From: Bacilli bacterium | GTDB taxonomy: Bacteria; Bacillota_I; Bacilli_A; RFN20; CAG-826 | DNA length: 24,000 bases | Direction: 5' to 3' | NCBI GenBank assembly: GCA_041654095.1 | Contig: JBAZED010000006.1 | Span: forward strand, 40,935-64,934 | In this document: one piece after another, positions 1 through 7,588 of the stretch | How positions within the stretch are numbered: position 1 is the stretch's first letter | Layout of the letters: each line of letters opens with the position of its first letter | Notes under the pieces: generated by a model | Databases searched by the model: none | What the model was told of the DNA's origin: nothing | Seen by the model: the letters and a program-made list of their open reading frames with translations, nothing else | Position numbers and translations under genes: made by a program

Positions 1-1
1 T

Positions 2-169
2 CCCGACGCCATTGAAAAGAAGCTAAGGCGATTATTAGAACCAAAGGATTTCATTAAGACGAATCATCAGATCATCGAGTTTGGAAGGCAGGTGTGTCAC
101 GCCCGAAATCCACAATGCAAAACTTGCGTGCTGAATGATTTGTGCAAATATTATCGTCAAAGCGCTTAA
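2..169 (+). CDS. nth: Endonuclease III (Nth), C-terminal fragment; the gene starts upstream of the window
   Basis: Frame 2 reads ...HQIIEFGRQVCHARNPQCKTCVLNDLCKYYRQSA*. The C-x6-C-x2-C-x5-C spacing is the [4Fe-4S] cluster loop that ends Nth/MutY-family glycosylases. Stop TAA is at 167-169. It is absent from the ORF track because no start lies in the window. Confidence 0.8.
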   Translation, partial: PDAIEKKLRRLLEPKDFIKTNHQIIEFGRQVCHARNPQCKTCVLNDLCKYYRQSA

Positions 170-747
170 AAATATTGCGAATCGACTATTTCTAAGTAAA
201 AAAGGCGCGGAATATAGCCTTTTTTGATTAAATGGCCGTTATTCTTAACATCGAGATAGGGAATTGATTTACGCTTTTCACCGCCGAAAGCCGCTATTAC
301 GAAGCTCGCATCGAGGAGATAGTCCTCGTCAAAGGCTTCAAAACGGATGATAAAAAAAGCAATTCCGGAATGTTTAATAACTCTTTTCAAATGCTCGATT
401 TGATGAGTTGTGATGTTCGATAATGGAAAAGAAGTGTGCAGTTTTGTGCTTTTCGCTTCAAAATCGAGATATTTACCGCGATAGACGCCGTTGTAATCAG
501 TTGTCGACTGCTTTTCAAAATAGGCATCGACAATTTTAGCGCCTCGCGAGTAATCGACCTTGACGATATTGATCGGTGTCGGGCGCTTGGTGATGACCGC
601 TATTTCTTTATCGATGTAAAACTGATTCGAAATATTGATATCTTCCTCGAGATTCATCCCGCGGTTGGCGGTCGAAAGGCGAGAGACGATTTTCTTCTTT
701 GGTTCGCTTTTGGATTTTGGGCTCGCGCCGCCGGGATATCTTATCAT
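166..747 (-). CDS. recU: Holliday junction resolvase RecU
   Basis: 193 aa, collinear with remembered B. subtilis RecU: MIRYP.G, NRGM.LE.DIN.SN.Y, IAVI.K.PTPI.IV.VDY, STTDYNG.Y.G.Y.DFEAK.T...TSFPL.N...HQIEH.K. The stop overlaps the nth stop on the opposite strand (TTAA at 166-169). Confidence 0.95.
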   Translation of the reverse strand: MIRYPGGASPKSKSEPKKKIVSRLSTANRGMNLEEDINISNQFYIDKEIAVITKRPTPINIVKVDYSRGAKIVDAYFEKQSTTDYNGVYRGKYLDFEAKSTKLHTSFPLSNITTHQIEHLKRVIKHSGIAFFIIRFEAFDEDYLLDASFVIAAFGGEKRKSIPYLDVKNNGHLIKKGYIPRLFYLEIVDSQYF

Positions 748-748
748 C

Positions 749-1522
749 TTAGCTCACGTATTCGTGGATCATCTCTTCAAATTCTTCAGGGGTCACGGAT
801 TCGCCCTTCGCTAACTGATTGACGAGCTTGGGAAGCGGGGATGGAAGGTTTTTGTTTTTGATGAGAATTTTTTTGTACTCTTCAGTTAGCAATTGAGGAT
901 TTTTGTGCATCGCATCATAGAGGCGAGCGAGATTGCGCGCGTCGTCGAGAGGATCGTGCTTGGTCCCATCGAATTCGACTCCGAAAATCTTCAGCGAATT
1001 TTCTAGCGAGAGGGAATTGCCTTTGCCGTCTTTGACATACTGGCTTAAAAAGGCGGCTAGATCCAAACAGCTATTCTTGATGAATCTAGCTTCGTCTTTG
1101 TTGGCGTCGAGATTGTGGCTGACGGATTGGCTGATGATTCGCAAATCGTGGCTCCCAAAAGTTATAAATAAAGATTTAGAATAAGCGCGACCAACATACT
1201 TCTTAAGTTCTTCCATGGCTTGGCGATAGGAAATTCCCTCAGCTTTCATCATTTCGTTGGTGATGCCCGTCAGTTGAATGACGACCTTGCCAATATTATT
1301 CTTGGAGACGACCAAACGCTTAAAACCAGGATAGATTTTGCGGATCATCCCTTCTTTTGACAAGACGGCGTGCACGGCCCCGATGGCAATCATCTCATGC
1401 GAAAACTGGGTTCCTTCTAAATCGAGAAAGACGAGGTGACGACGGCTGCGAACTGCTTTTTTCAACTCTTTCATGGAATTCGCAAATAGTATAGCACTTG
1501 AGAGGCCATCAGCATAGTCCAA
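749..1522 (-). CDS. DEDDh-type 3'-5' exonuclease (KapD/ERI-1-like) with a ~60-aa C-terminal extension
   Basis: 257 aa. Exo I is FLDLEGT, Exo II is FGSHDLRII, and Exo III is the H-x4-D motif KHDPLDDARNLARLY. The stop is 1 nt from the recU start, which suggests an operon or translational coupling. The start is uncertain: the track start at 1522 is a TTG with no SD, and an internal ATG (MKELKK, 1474) is an alternative. Confidence 0.8.
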   Translation of the reverse strand: MDYADGLSSAILFANSMKELKKAVRSRRHLVFLDLEGTQFSHEMIAIGAVHAVLSKEGMIRKIYPGFKRLVVSKNNIGKVVIQLTGITNEMMKAEGISYRQAMEELKKYVGRAYSKSLFITFGSHDLRIISQSVSHNLDANKDEARFIKNSCLDLAAFLSQYVKDGKGNSLSLENSLKIFGVEFDGTKHDPLDDARNLARLYDAMHKNPQLLTEEYKKILIKNKNLPSPLPKLVNQLAKGESVTPEEFEEMIHEYVS

Positions 1523-1548
1523 AATGGAAGAAATAGGCGTTATTTAAA

Positions 1549-1577
1549 TTGTATTAAGGACAAAACTTTAATATAAT
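1549..1577 (+). promoter_or_regulatory. Candidate sigma-A promoter for gpsB (TTGTAT-N17-TATAAT)
   Basis: TTGTAT at 1549-1554, a 17-nt spacer, then a perfect TATAAT at 1572-1577. SD AAGAGGA at 1584-1590 and the GTG start at 1598 follow. Confidence 0.45.
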
Positions 1578-1597
1578 TAAAAAAAGAGGAACATATC

Positions 1598-1960
1598 GTG
1601 GATCATAAAGTGGCCTTGACATCAAAAGCCGTACTCAGCAAAGTTTTTTTAAAAGATGTCAAAGGCTATGATGCGCTCGAAGTCGATACCTTCCTCGATC
1701 AAGTCGTTAATGATTACCGACTTTTCGAAAAAGCGCTTCTGGAACGCGATGCTTATATCGCCGAACTGGAAACACTCGTCAAGAAGCACAAAGACAACTC
1801 GTCGCTTCTTGAAATCGAAAACGCCAAAGCTCAAAAGCGACTTGGAAACATTAAAGATGAGGGCAAAGTGTCTCTTCAAAATCTAGAGTATTTGCAAAAG
1901 ATAGCCATTTACGAAAAAGAATTGTATCGCCTTGGCGTCGACCCATCTAAACTTAAATAG
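1598..1960 (+). CDS. gpsB: Cell-cycle protein GpsB (DivIVA-domain protein)
   Basis: 120 aa with a GTG start preceded by AAGAGGA. The N-terminal DivIVA/GpsB signature is F...VKGYD..EVD.FLD.V..DY, followed by a coiled coil. The C-terminal NLEYLQKIAIYEKELY resembles the GpsB C-terminal domain. Lying directly upstream of rnpB matches B. subtilis synteny. Confidence 0.85.
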   Translation: MDHKVALTSKAVLSKVFLKDVKGYDALEVDTFLDQVVNDYRLFEKALLERDAYIAELETLVKKHKDNSSLLEIENAKAQKRLGNIKDEGKVSLQNLEYLQKIAIYEKELYRLGVDPSKLK

Positions 1961-2305
1961 CACCGACCTCGATAACTACTGGTTAGTCCAGAGGAAAGTC
2001 CATGCTCGCACTGGCTGTGATGCCAGTAGTGATTGCGCTAGCGGAAAAGATAACGCTAGGTATGCGGGAGCGCATAACGGCGGGAAAAAGCCTAAAGCTT
2101 CGGCCACGGTCGTATCCCTGAAAGTGCCACAGTGACGCAGCTCGGCAGAAATGCTGAGGTGGAACGCGGTAAACCCCACAAGCGAGAAACCCAAATTTGG
2201 TAGGGGAAGTGTACCTAGAGAAGCGAATCGCGGTACGCATGCACATTGTGCATAGATAAATTGTTATCCTTGACAGAACATGGCTTACAGGGTCGGTACT
2301 CACTT
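1961..2305 (+). ncRNA. rnpB: RNase P RNA, bacterial type B (Firmicute type), compact at about 345 nt
   Basis: Near-identical to universally conserved and B. subtilis rnpB blocks: GAGGAAAGTCCATGCTCGCAC (1991-2011), TGAAAGTGCCACAGTGACG (2119-2137), GGAACGCGGTAAACCCC (2161-2177), AGCGAGAAACCCAAATTTGGTAGGGGAA (2181-2208) and ACAGAACATGGCTTACAG (2273-2290). The P1 stem pairs ACCGACCT (1962-1969) with GGGTCGGT (2290-2297). Ends are good to about +/-5 nt. Confidence 0.93.
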
Positions 2306-2314
2306 AGGAGAATT

Positions 2315-2938
2315 ATGAATTTGCCAACCAAGATAACGATCTCGAGAATCGTAATCGTCGTCGGAATGCTTATTGCTCTTTTCGTCCTATCGCTTTTGAA
2401 CCTCACCGTCCCAACGCTGGGAACAAGTGGCGTCAATGTCGTCTATTTCGTCACGGCCGTCGTCTTTGTCATTGCTTCAGCCACCGATTGGCTCGATGGC
2501 TATCTAGCTCGCCGCAACAATCAGATAACCGACCTCGGCAAGTTCCTCGACCCGATCGCCGATAAACTCCTCATCGACGGGCTCCTGATCTTTCTGATCG
2601 CCGCACCGAAATACGCTCCTGATAATTTAACCTTTTCGCTGTGGTGCGCGATTGTTTTAATCGCTCGCGACTTAATCGTCGATGCTTTGCGCTTGATTGC
2701 CGTCACGAAGAACAAAGTGATCGCCGCCAATATATTTGGCAAGGCCAAAACAATTTTGCAGATGATTGCGATCGTCGCTATTCTTTTCAACGGTTGGCCT
2801 TTTTCGTATTTTGATGCCGACTTTCCAAATGGCCTCCACATCGCTGAGCTGCTCGTCTATTTAGCGACAGCCGTCTCGCTTCTCTCGGGAATAATCTATG
2901 TCGTCCAGAATCGCCAAGTTTTAAAGGAGGGGAAATAA
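2315..2938 (+). CDS. pgsA: CDP-diacylglycerol--glycerol-3-phosphate 3-phosphatidyltransferase
   Basis: The CDP-alcohol phosphatidyltransferase motif D-G-x2-A-R-x8-G-x3-D-x3-D is present (DGYLARRNNQITDLGKFLDPIADK), and the protein has multiple TM helices. I place the start at ATG 2315 (MNLPTK...), preceded by SD AGGAG at 2306-2310. The ORF-track TTG start at 2246 lies inside rnpB and is rejected. Confidence 0.93.
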   Translation: MNLPTKITISRIVIVVGMLIALFVLSLLNLTVPTLGTSGVNVVYFVTAVVFVIASATDWLDGYLARRNNQITDLGKFLDPIADKLLIDGLLIFLIAAPKYAPDNLTFSLWCAIVLIARDLIVDALRLIAVTKNKVIAANIFGKAKTILQMIAIVAILFNGWPFSYFDADFPNGLHIAELLVYLATAVSLLSGIIYVVQNRQVLKEGK

Positions 2939-2939
2939 G

Positions 2940-3404
2940 ATGAAAGCCCTAAAACTAGTCGAAATTCTTAAAGACAAACATCTGACGATAGGCGCGGTCG
3001 AATCAATGACCGGCGGCTTATTCGCTTCAGCCATCACCGACATCGCGGGGGCGAGTGAAGTATTCAAAGGCGGCATCGTCGCTTATTCATCCGAGGCTAA
3101 AAAAACACTCGTTGACGTACGGCCTGAAACAATTGATGAATTCGGGGCAATATCTTGGGAAGTCGCGAGCGAAATGGCGTATAACGGCCGCATCAAACTC
3201 GATGTTGACTACTGCCTCGCGGTCACCGGCAATGCCGGACCGACGGCCGATTCTGGCAATCAAGAAATCGGTTGTGTCTTTATTGCTGTCGCGAGCCGCG
3301 ATAGCATCTGGGGTGTGCCCTTGCACCTCGAAGGCTCACGCGATGAAATTCGCCGGGCGAGCGTCAACGCCATGCTGACGACTTTAGAAGGAATTTTGAA
3401 GTAA
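2940..3404 (+). CDS. cinA: CinA C-terminal-domain protein (PncC-type nicotinamide-nucleotide amidohydrolase family)
   Basis: 154 aa with the typical TIGAVESMTGGL motif near the N-terminus and an NAGPTA segment. A strong SD (AAGGAGGGG) lies upstream. The pgsA-cinA-recA order is as in B. subtilis. Only the C-terminal CinA domain is present. Confidence 0.85.
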   Translation: MKALKLVEILKDKHLTIGAVESMTGGLFASAITDIAGASEVFKGGIVAYSSEAKKTLVDVRPETIDEFGAISWEVASEMAYNGRIKLDVDYCLAVTGNAGPTADSGNQEIGCVFIAVASRDSIWGVPLHLEGSRDEIRRASVNAMLTTLEGILK

Positions 3405-3454
3405 GTTTGCATCAAATTCGTTTTTTGTACCTATATATCTAGTGAGGATTAACA

Positions 3455-4453
3455 ATGGCAAAAGAAACATCAAAAGACAAACTAGCCGCTCTCGATGAGG
3501 CATTAAAAGCCATCGAGAAAACATACGGTAAAGGCGCGGTTATGCGCCTTGGCGAACGCCGTCACGTCGAAGTCGATGCGATTCCATCTGGATCGCTCTT
3601 GCTCGACTTCGCCTTAGGCGTCGGAGGTTACCCCAAAGGGCGGATCATCGAGGTTTATGGTCCGGAGAGCAGCGGTAAAACGACCTTGGCATTGCATGCC
3701 ATCGCCGAAGCTCAAAAACAAGGTGGGAGAGCCGCTTTCGTCGATGCCGAGCACTCGATCGACCCCATCTACGCTCGCAATCTCGGCGTAGATATCGACG
3801 ACTTGATCCTCTCGCAGCCCGATAGTGGCGAGCAGGCTCTCGAAATCGTCGAGATGCTGGCGTCGAGCGGCGCGATTGACATCATCGTTGTCGATAGCGT
3901 GGCCGCGCTTGTTCCGCAAGCGGAACTAGATGGTTTGATGGCCGATAATCAAGTCGGTTTACAAGCTCGGCTCATGTCCAAAGCCATGCGCAAATTAGTG
4001 GCGGTATTAAACCGTTCTTCTTGCACGATTATCTTCATCAACCAGCTGCGCGAAAAAGTTGGCATTGTCTATGGCAATCCCGAAACGACCAGCGGTGGAC
4101 GGGCTCTTAAATTTTACGCGTCAGTCCGCGTCGACATCCGCCGTTCGGAAGCGATTAAGGACGGCAACGATATCGTCGGTAACACCGTCAATATCAAAAT
4201 CGTCAAGAATAAAGTCGCCCCTCCTTTTAAATCATGTAAAGTCGACATTATCTATGGACACGGAATTTCGAAGGAAGGTGAAGTTCTCGATTTAGCAATC
4301 GAGACCGGCTTGATTAAGAAATCGGGTTCGTGGTATGAGTATAAAGGCGAGAGAATTGGCCAGGGTCGCGAGACCGCCAAAGAATTTTTAAAGAAAAACG
4401 AGACCGTCTACAATGATCTCGTCGCTCAGTTGAAAACGGGCATCGCCGAATAA
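3455..4453 (+). CDS. recA: Recombinase RecA
   Basis: 332 aa with Walker [11 protein letters not shown], the FVDAEH motif, and an L2-loop region [42 protein letters not shown] lies upstream. Confidence 0.98.
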   Translation: MAKETSKDKLAALDEALKAIEKTYGKGAVMRLGERRHVEVDAIPSGSLLLDFALGVGGYPKGRIIEVYGPESSGKTTLALHAIAEAQKQGGRAAFVDAEHSIDPIYARNLGVDIDDLILSQPDSGEQALEIVEMLASSGAIDIIVVDSVAALVPQAELDGLMADNQVGLQARLMSKAMRKLVAVLNRSSCTIIFINQLREKVGIVYGNPETTSGGRALKFYASVRVDIRRSEAIKDGNDIVGNTVNIKIVKNKVAPPFKSCKVDIIYGHGISKEGEVLDLAIETGLIKKSGSWYEYKGERIGQGRETAKEFLKKNETVYNDLVAQLKTGIAE

Positions 4454-4455
4454 AG

Positions 4456-5007
4456 CTATTTCAGCTTGGCGATAACCTCAATATATTCGTTAAGAAAATC
4501 AATCAGCTCTTCTCGCTGCAAATCACCGACTCGTTCCTGAATTTGCTCGACAAGAGTTTTTTGTTCAAGGCCGACGAGATAATCGATGGTCACATTGAGG
4601 ATATGCGCTAATTTAATCAGAGTGTTGAGATCGGGATCACGAGTTCCAGCTTCATAATTGCTAATCGTTTTGGGACTGAGGTTTAATTGATCGGCAAGAT
4701 CCTTCTGCTTGAGACCGGCTTTTTGACGGGCGGCTTTGAGGTTTATCATCATACATACATTTTTAGCGATATGAACAACCCGTTGCAATTTATCTTTGAT
4801 AATACCTACAAAATGTAGAATATCGTGCATAATACGGAACACTTCGTTCCTATATAACCCGATATATTCTTCGCTAAAGGCAATTGCATTACAGAAAGTA
4901 AGGTAGAGAGCGCTCTTTACCTTTTGCGAACAGGGCATTTCTATCACGCTCATTTCATTTCCGTTTTTTCTTTGTTTTATTTCTTTGTTCCTTTTGTTAA
5001 AATACAT
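4456..5007 (-). CDS. XRE-family helix-turn-helix transcriptional regulator (start ambiguous)
   Basis: The C-terminal 98 aa (4456-4752) form a classic Cro/C1-type HTH: LKQKDLADQLNLSPKTISNYEAGTRDPDLNTLIKLAHILNVTIDYL, plus a helical tail. The frame stays open for a further 85 codons up to 5007. Possible starts are M1 (5007), M19 (4953), M24 and the M86/M87 pair (4752/4749). None has a good SD. Confidence 0.75.
   Translation of the reverse strand: MYFNKRNKEIKQRKNGNEMSVIEMPCSQKVKSALYLTFCNAIAFSEEYIGLYRNEVFRIMHDILHFVGIIKDKLQRVVHIAKNVCMMINLKAARQKAGLKQKDLADQLNLSPKTISNYEAGTRDPDLNTLIKLAHILNVTIDYLVGLEQKTLVEQIQERVGDLQREELIDFLNEYIEVIAKLK
4900..4923. repeat. 24-bp near-perfect palindrome AAGGTAGAGAGC|GCTCTTTACCTT
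   Basis: Hand-paired: 12-bp arms with one mismatch (G4906/T4917, a G-U pair in RNA). It lies about 150 bp upstream of the HTH-proximal ATG pair of the XRE gene, inside the open N-terminal extension. It could be an operator or an RNA hairpin; its function is unproven. Confidence 0.6.
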
Positions 5008-5199
5008 TTGTATCGAAAGATACTTATTACCATAGATTCTTCGTAGTCTTTCTTATCGGATCATATCCGTTATAAATAAGCGAATCGGCTCTTTTTATGC
5101 CACTTTTAGGTAATAATAACCATTTCAGTTAAACTTTTTCCTGTCTTTCCGTAGGAAAAAACAAAATCCGCTATCATTCATACCAAGGAGGTAATTATA

Positions 5200-6765
5200 A
5201 TGATGGACTTAACACTAGCCATCATCCTGATAATTGTCTCGGCTATTGGAGGCCTGGGAATCGGCATTCTGCTTGTCTTTGTCATTCCGGGCTTGAGAGC
5301 CAAAAGCGCCAGTAAAAAAGCCGAGAAGATTATTCGTGATGCTGAAATCAAATCCGAACACATCGTCAAATCCGCGCAGATCGATGCCAAGCAAGTCGCT
5401 TATGAGATGAAGCTTGAGACCGAGAAGGAACTCAAAGAGAGAAAAGCCGAATATCTAGTCTTAGATAATAAGCTCTCGCAGCGCGAATCGAACATCGATC
5501 GCCGCGACGCGCAGCTGATCGCCAAAGAAACCGTCCTCGAAGAGAAGACGGAGACGCTCAACCGCCGCCTCAAAGAAGCGGAGCACAAAGAAGAAATTCT
5601 CCAACAAAAAATCGATTCGATCATTCAAGAATTGGAAAAAGTCGCGCAATTATCGGTCAATGAAGCCCGCGAAGAAATCTTCCAACGGGTCGAGAGCAAA
5701 CTCAGCCGCGAAATCTCCGTCTTTATTAAAAATAAAGAAGACGAAGCGAAGGAAAAGGCTTCGGAAACCGCTCGCGAGTTAATCGGCTTAGCTATCAACA
5801 AATATGCTCAGGAAGTGACGACGGAAAGAACTGTCTCGACCGTCTCGCTGCCCAGCGATGAAATGAAGGGTCGCATCATCGGTCGCGAAGGCCGTAATAT
5901 TCGCTCTCTCGAACAGCTTCTTGGCGTCGATTTGATTATCGACGACACTCCGGAAGTCATCACCGTTTCCTGCTTCGATCCCATCCGCCGCGAAATAGCC
6001 AAATTGACGCTCGAAAAACTCATCAAAGACGGTCGGATTCAACCCGGTCGCATCGAAGAAGTCATCGAGAAAGTCAAAGCCGAAGTCGATGAATCGATTC
6101 GCAAAGCCGGCGAGGAAGCCGCCTTTAAACTCGGCTTGCCGCGCATCAATAAAGAATTGCTCACTTTTGTCGGCCGCCTAAAATACCGTACCAGCTACGG
6201 TCAAAACGCTTATGATCACGCTTTAGAAGTCGCTTACTTAGCGGGCATCATGGCCGCTGAACTCGGCCTCGATCAAAATCTCGCGAAACGCGCCGGTCTT
6301 TTGCACGACATCGGCAAATCGATGGACTTTGAAGTCGACGGTTCACACGTCGAAATCGGTGTTCGCCTCGCCAAAAAGTATGGCGAGCCAGAAGTTGTCA
6401 TCAATTCAATTGAGAGCCATCACGGCGATGTCGAGCCGAAATTCGTCATCTCGCACCTCGTCGCTGCCGCAGACACATTGTCAGCAGCCCGGCCGGGAGC
6501 GCGAAGTGAAACCGTCGAAAACTACATCAAGAGAATCGAAAAGCTCGAAAATCTATGCAAATCATACGAAGGTGTTTATCAATCGTATGCGATGCAGTCC
6601 GGACGCGAGGTTCGCGTCATGGTCATGCCTGAAAAAATCGATGATTTAGCTGCCTATAAACTCGCTCGTGACATTCGCGAAAAGATTGAAAACGAACTCA
6701 CTTACCCAGGGCAGATCAAAGTTTCTGTCATCCGTGAGTATCGGGCCGTCGAAACCGCGAAATAA
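5200..6765 (+). CDS. rny: Ribonuclease Y
   Basis: 521 aa: an N-terminal TM helix, a long Lys/Glu coiled coil, a KH domain ([12 protein letters not shown]) and an HD domain (LLHDIGK, ESHHGD). Strong SD AAGGAGG is at 5185-5191. Confidence 0.97.
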   Translation: MMDLTLAIILIIVSAIGGLGIGILLVFVIPGLRAKSASKKAEKIIRDAEIKSEHIVKSAQIDAKQVAYEMKLETEKELKERKAEYLVLDNKLSQRESNIDRRDAQLIAKETVLEEKTETLNRRLKEAEHKEEILQQKIDSIIQELEKVAQLSVNEAREEIFQRVESKLSREISVFIKNKEDEAKEKASETARELIGLAINKYAQEVTTERTVSTVSLPSDEMKGRIIGREGRNIRSLEQLLGVDLIIDDTPEVITVSCFDPIRREIAKLTLEKLIKDGRIQPGRIEEVIEKVKAEVDESIRKAGEEAAFKLGLPRINKELLTFVGRLKYRTSYGQNAYDHALEVAYLAGIMAAELGLDQNLAKRAGLLHDIGKSMDFEVDGSHVEIGVRLAKKYGEPEVVINSIESHHGDVEPKFVISHLVAAADTLSAARPGARSETVENYIKRIEKLENLCKSYEGVYQSYAMQSGREVRVMVMPEKIDDLAAYKLARDIREKIENELTYPGQIKVSVIREYRAVETAK

Positions 6766-6790
6766 GAGCGAGATAGAAAGTTGTTCATTA

Positions 6791-7588
6791 ATGAGAATCC
6801 TCTTTTTTGGCGATATCGTCGGCCGCAATGGCCGGCAAGTCGTCAAGCGCCATCTAGCGGAATTAGTCGAGAAGTATCACATTGATTTCGTCATTGCCAA
6901 CGGCGAAAACGCCACCCATGGCAAAGGTCTGATCGAAAAGCACTACAACGAATTGATCGAGGCTGGAATCGACGTTATTACATTAGGTAATCACTACGCT
7001 CGGAAGAGCGATATCAAGCGCTATATTGACGAGGCCGAATGTTTAGTTCGGCCTTTGAACATCCTCAATTCACTGGGTGGAGCGGGAAGCCGAGTCTTCG
7101 AGTTCGATGGCGTGAAAATTCGCGTCACAAACCTCTTGGGAACAGCCTTTATGAAAGAGGAAGTGAACCACCCTTATTATTCTTTAAAGGATTTGCTCTC
7201 TGAAAATGAGCAAGATGAAATTCACATCGTCGATTTTCACGGCGAAGCAACCGCCGAAAAGATGGCTTTTGCTTATGCTTTTGATGGCCAAGTCAGCGCC
7301 ATTCTCGGGACGCACACTCATGTTCAGACACGCGATTATCGCCTTTTGCCGAATAAGACGGCCTACATCAGCGACATCGGCATGTGCGGCGCCTACAACG
7401 GTGTGATCGGCTTCAAAAAAGAAGAAGTCATCAATCGCACCCTCTTTGGCAAAGATGATTTATTTCAGCTCGACGAAGGCGATCAGTCGCTCTTGTCGGC
7501 CGTCGTACTCGACGTCGATAATGACAGCAAAAAAGCTAAGGAGATATTTCCAATCTACCTTTTAGAAAACGGTCGGAACGATGGGTAG
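6791..7588 (+). CDS. ymdB: YmdB-family metallophosphoesterase (2',3'-cyclic-nucleotide 2'-phosphodiesterase)
   Basis: MRILFFGDIVGRNGR..., GENATHGKG, GNH and DFHGEATAEK motifs are typical of the YmdB/TIGR00282 family, and the gene directly follows rny as in B. subtilis. The start is set at ATG 6791. The ORF-track start at 6668 overlaps the rny 3' end and is rejected. Confidence 0.9.
   Translation: MRILFFGDIVGRNGRQVVKRHLAELVEKYHIDFVIANGENATHGKGLIEKHYNELIEAGIDVITLGNHYARKSDIKRYIDEAECLVRPLNILNSLGGAGSRVFEFDGVKIRVTNLLGTAFMKEEVNHPYYSLKDLLSENEQDEIHIVDFHGEATAEKMAFAYAFDGQVSAILGTHTHVQTRDYRLLPNKTAYISDIGMCGAYNGVIGFKKEEVINRTLFGKDDLFQLDEGDQSLLSAVVLDVDNDSKKAKEIFPIYLLENGRNDG

Noticed and set aside
166-169. 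The convergent nth and recU stop codons overlap in the tetranucleotide TTAA. recA and the XRE gene are likewise convergent with a 2-nt gap, and neither pair has a terminator.
   Set aside because: This is a real but trivial consequence of tight gene packing. Only a weak hairpin (AAGCT-ATTTC-AGCTT, 4453-4467) is present, and nothing suggests a specific function.
2246-2314. N-terminal extensions proposed by the ORF track: pgsA from TTG 2246, ymdB from 6668, ychF from 18083, rpoE from 22683 and DUF951 from TTG 12573.
   Set aside because: In each case an internal ATG with a proper SD gives the family-typical N-terminus (2315, 6791, 18113, 22716, 12579). The extensions overlap rnpB or the preceding gene.
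3405-3454. I looked for a LexA (Cheo box, GAAC-N4-GTTC) operator upstream of recA.
   Set aside because: No GAAC/GTTC dyad is present in the 50-nt gap. Only a poorly spaced TTGCAT...TATATA promoter-like pair is there, so no SOS operator can be supported.
5008-5199. Small hairpins in the rny upstream region: GTATC-GAAA-GATAC at 5010-5023, CGGAT-CAT-ATCCG at about 5046-5058, and TTTTTCCT...AGGAAAAA at about 5135-5160. These could indicate a riboswitch or sRNA.
   Set aside because: The stems are short (5-8 bp) and AT-rich, with no T-run terminators and no resemblance to any riboswitch core I recognise. I cannot distinguish them from chance structure without covariation data.
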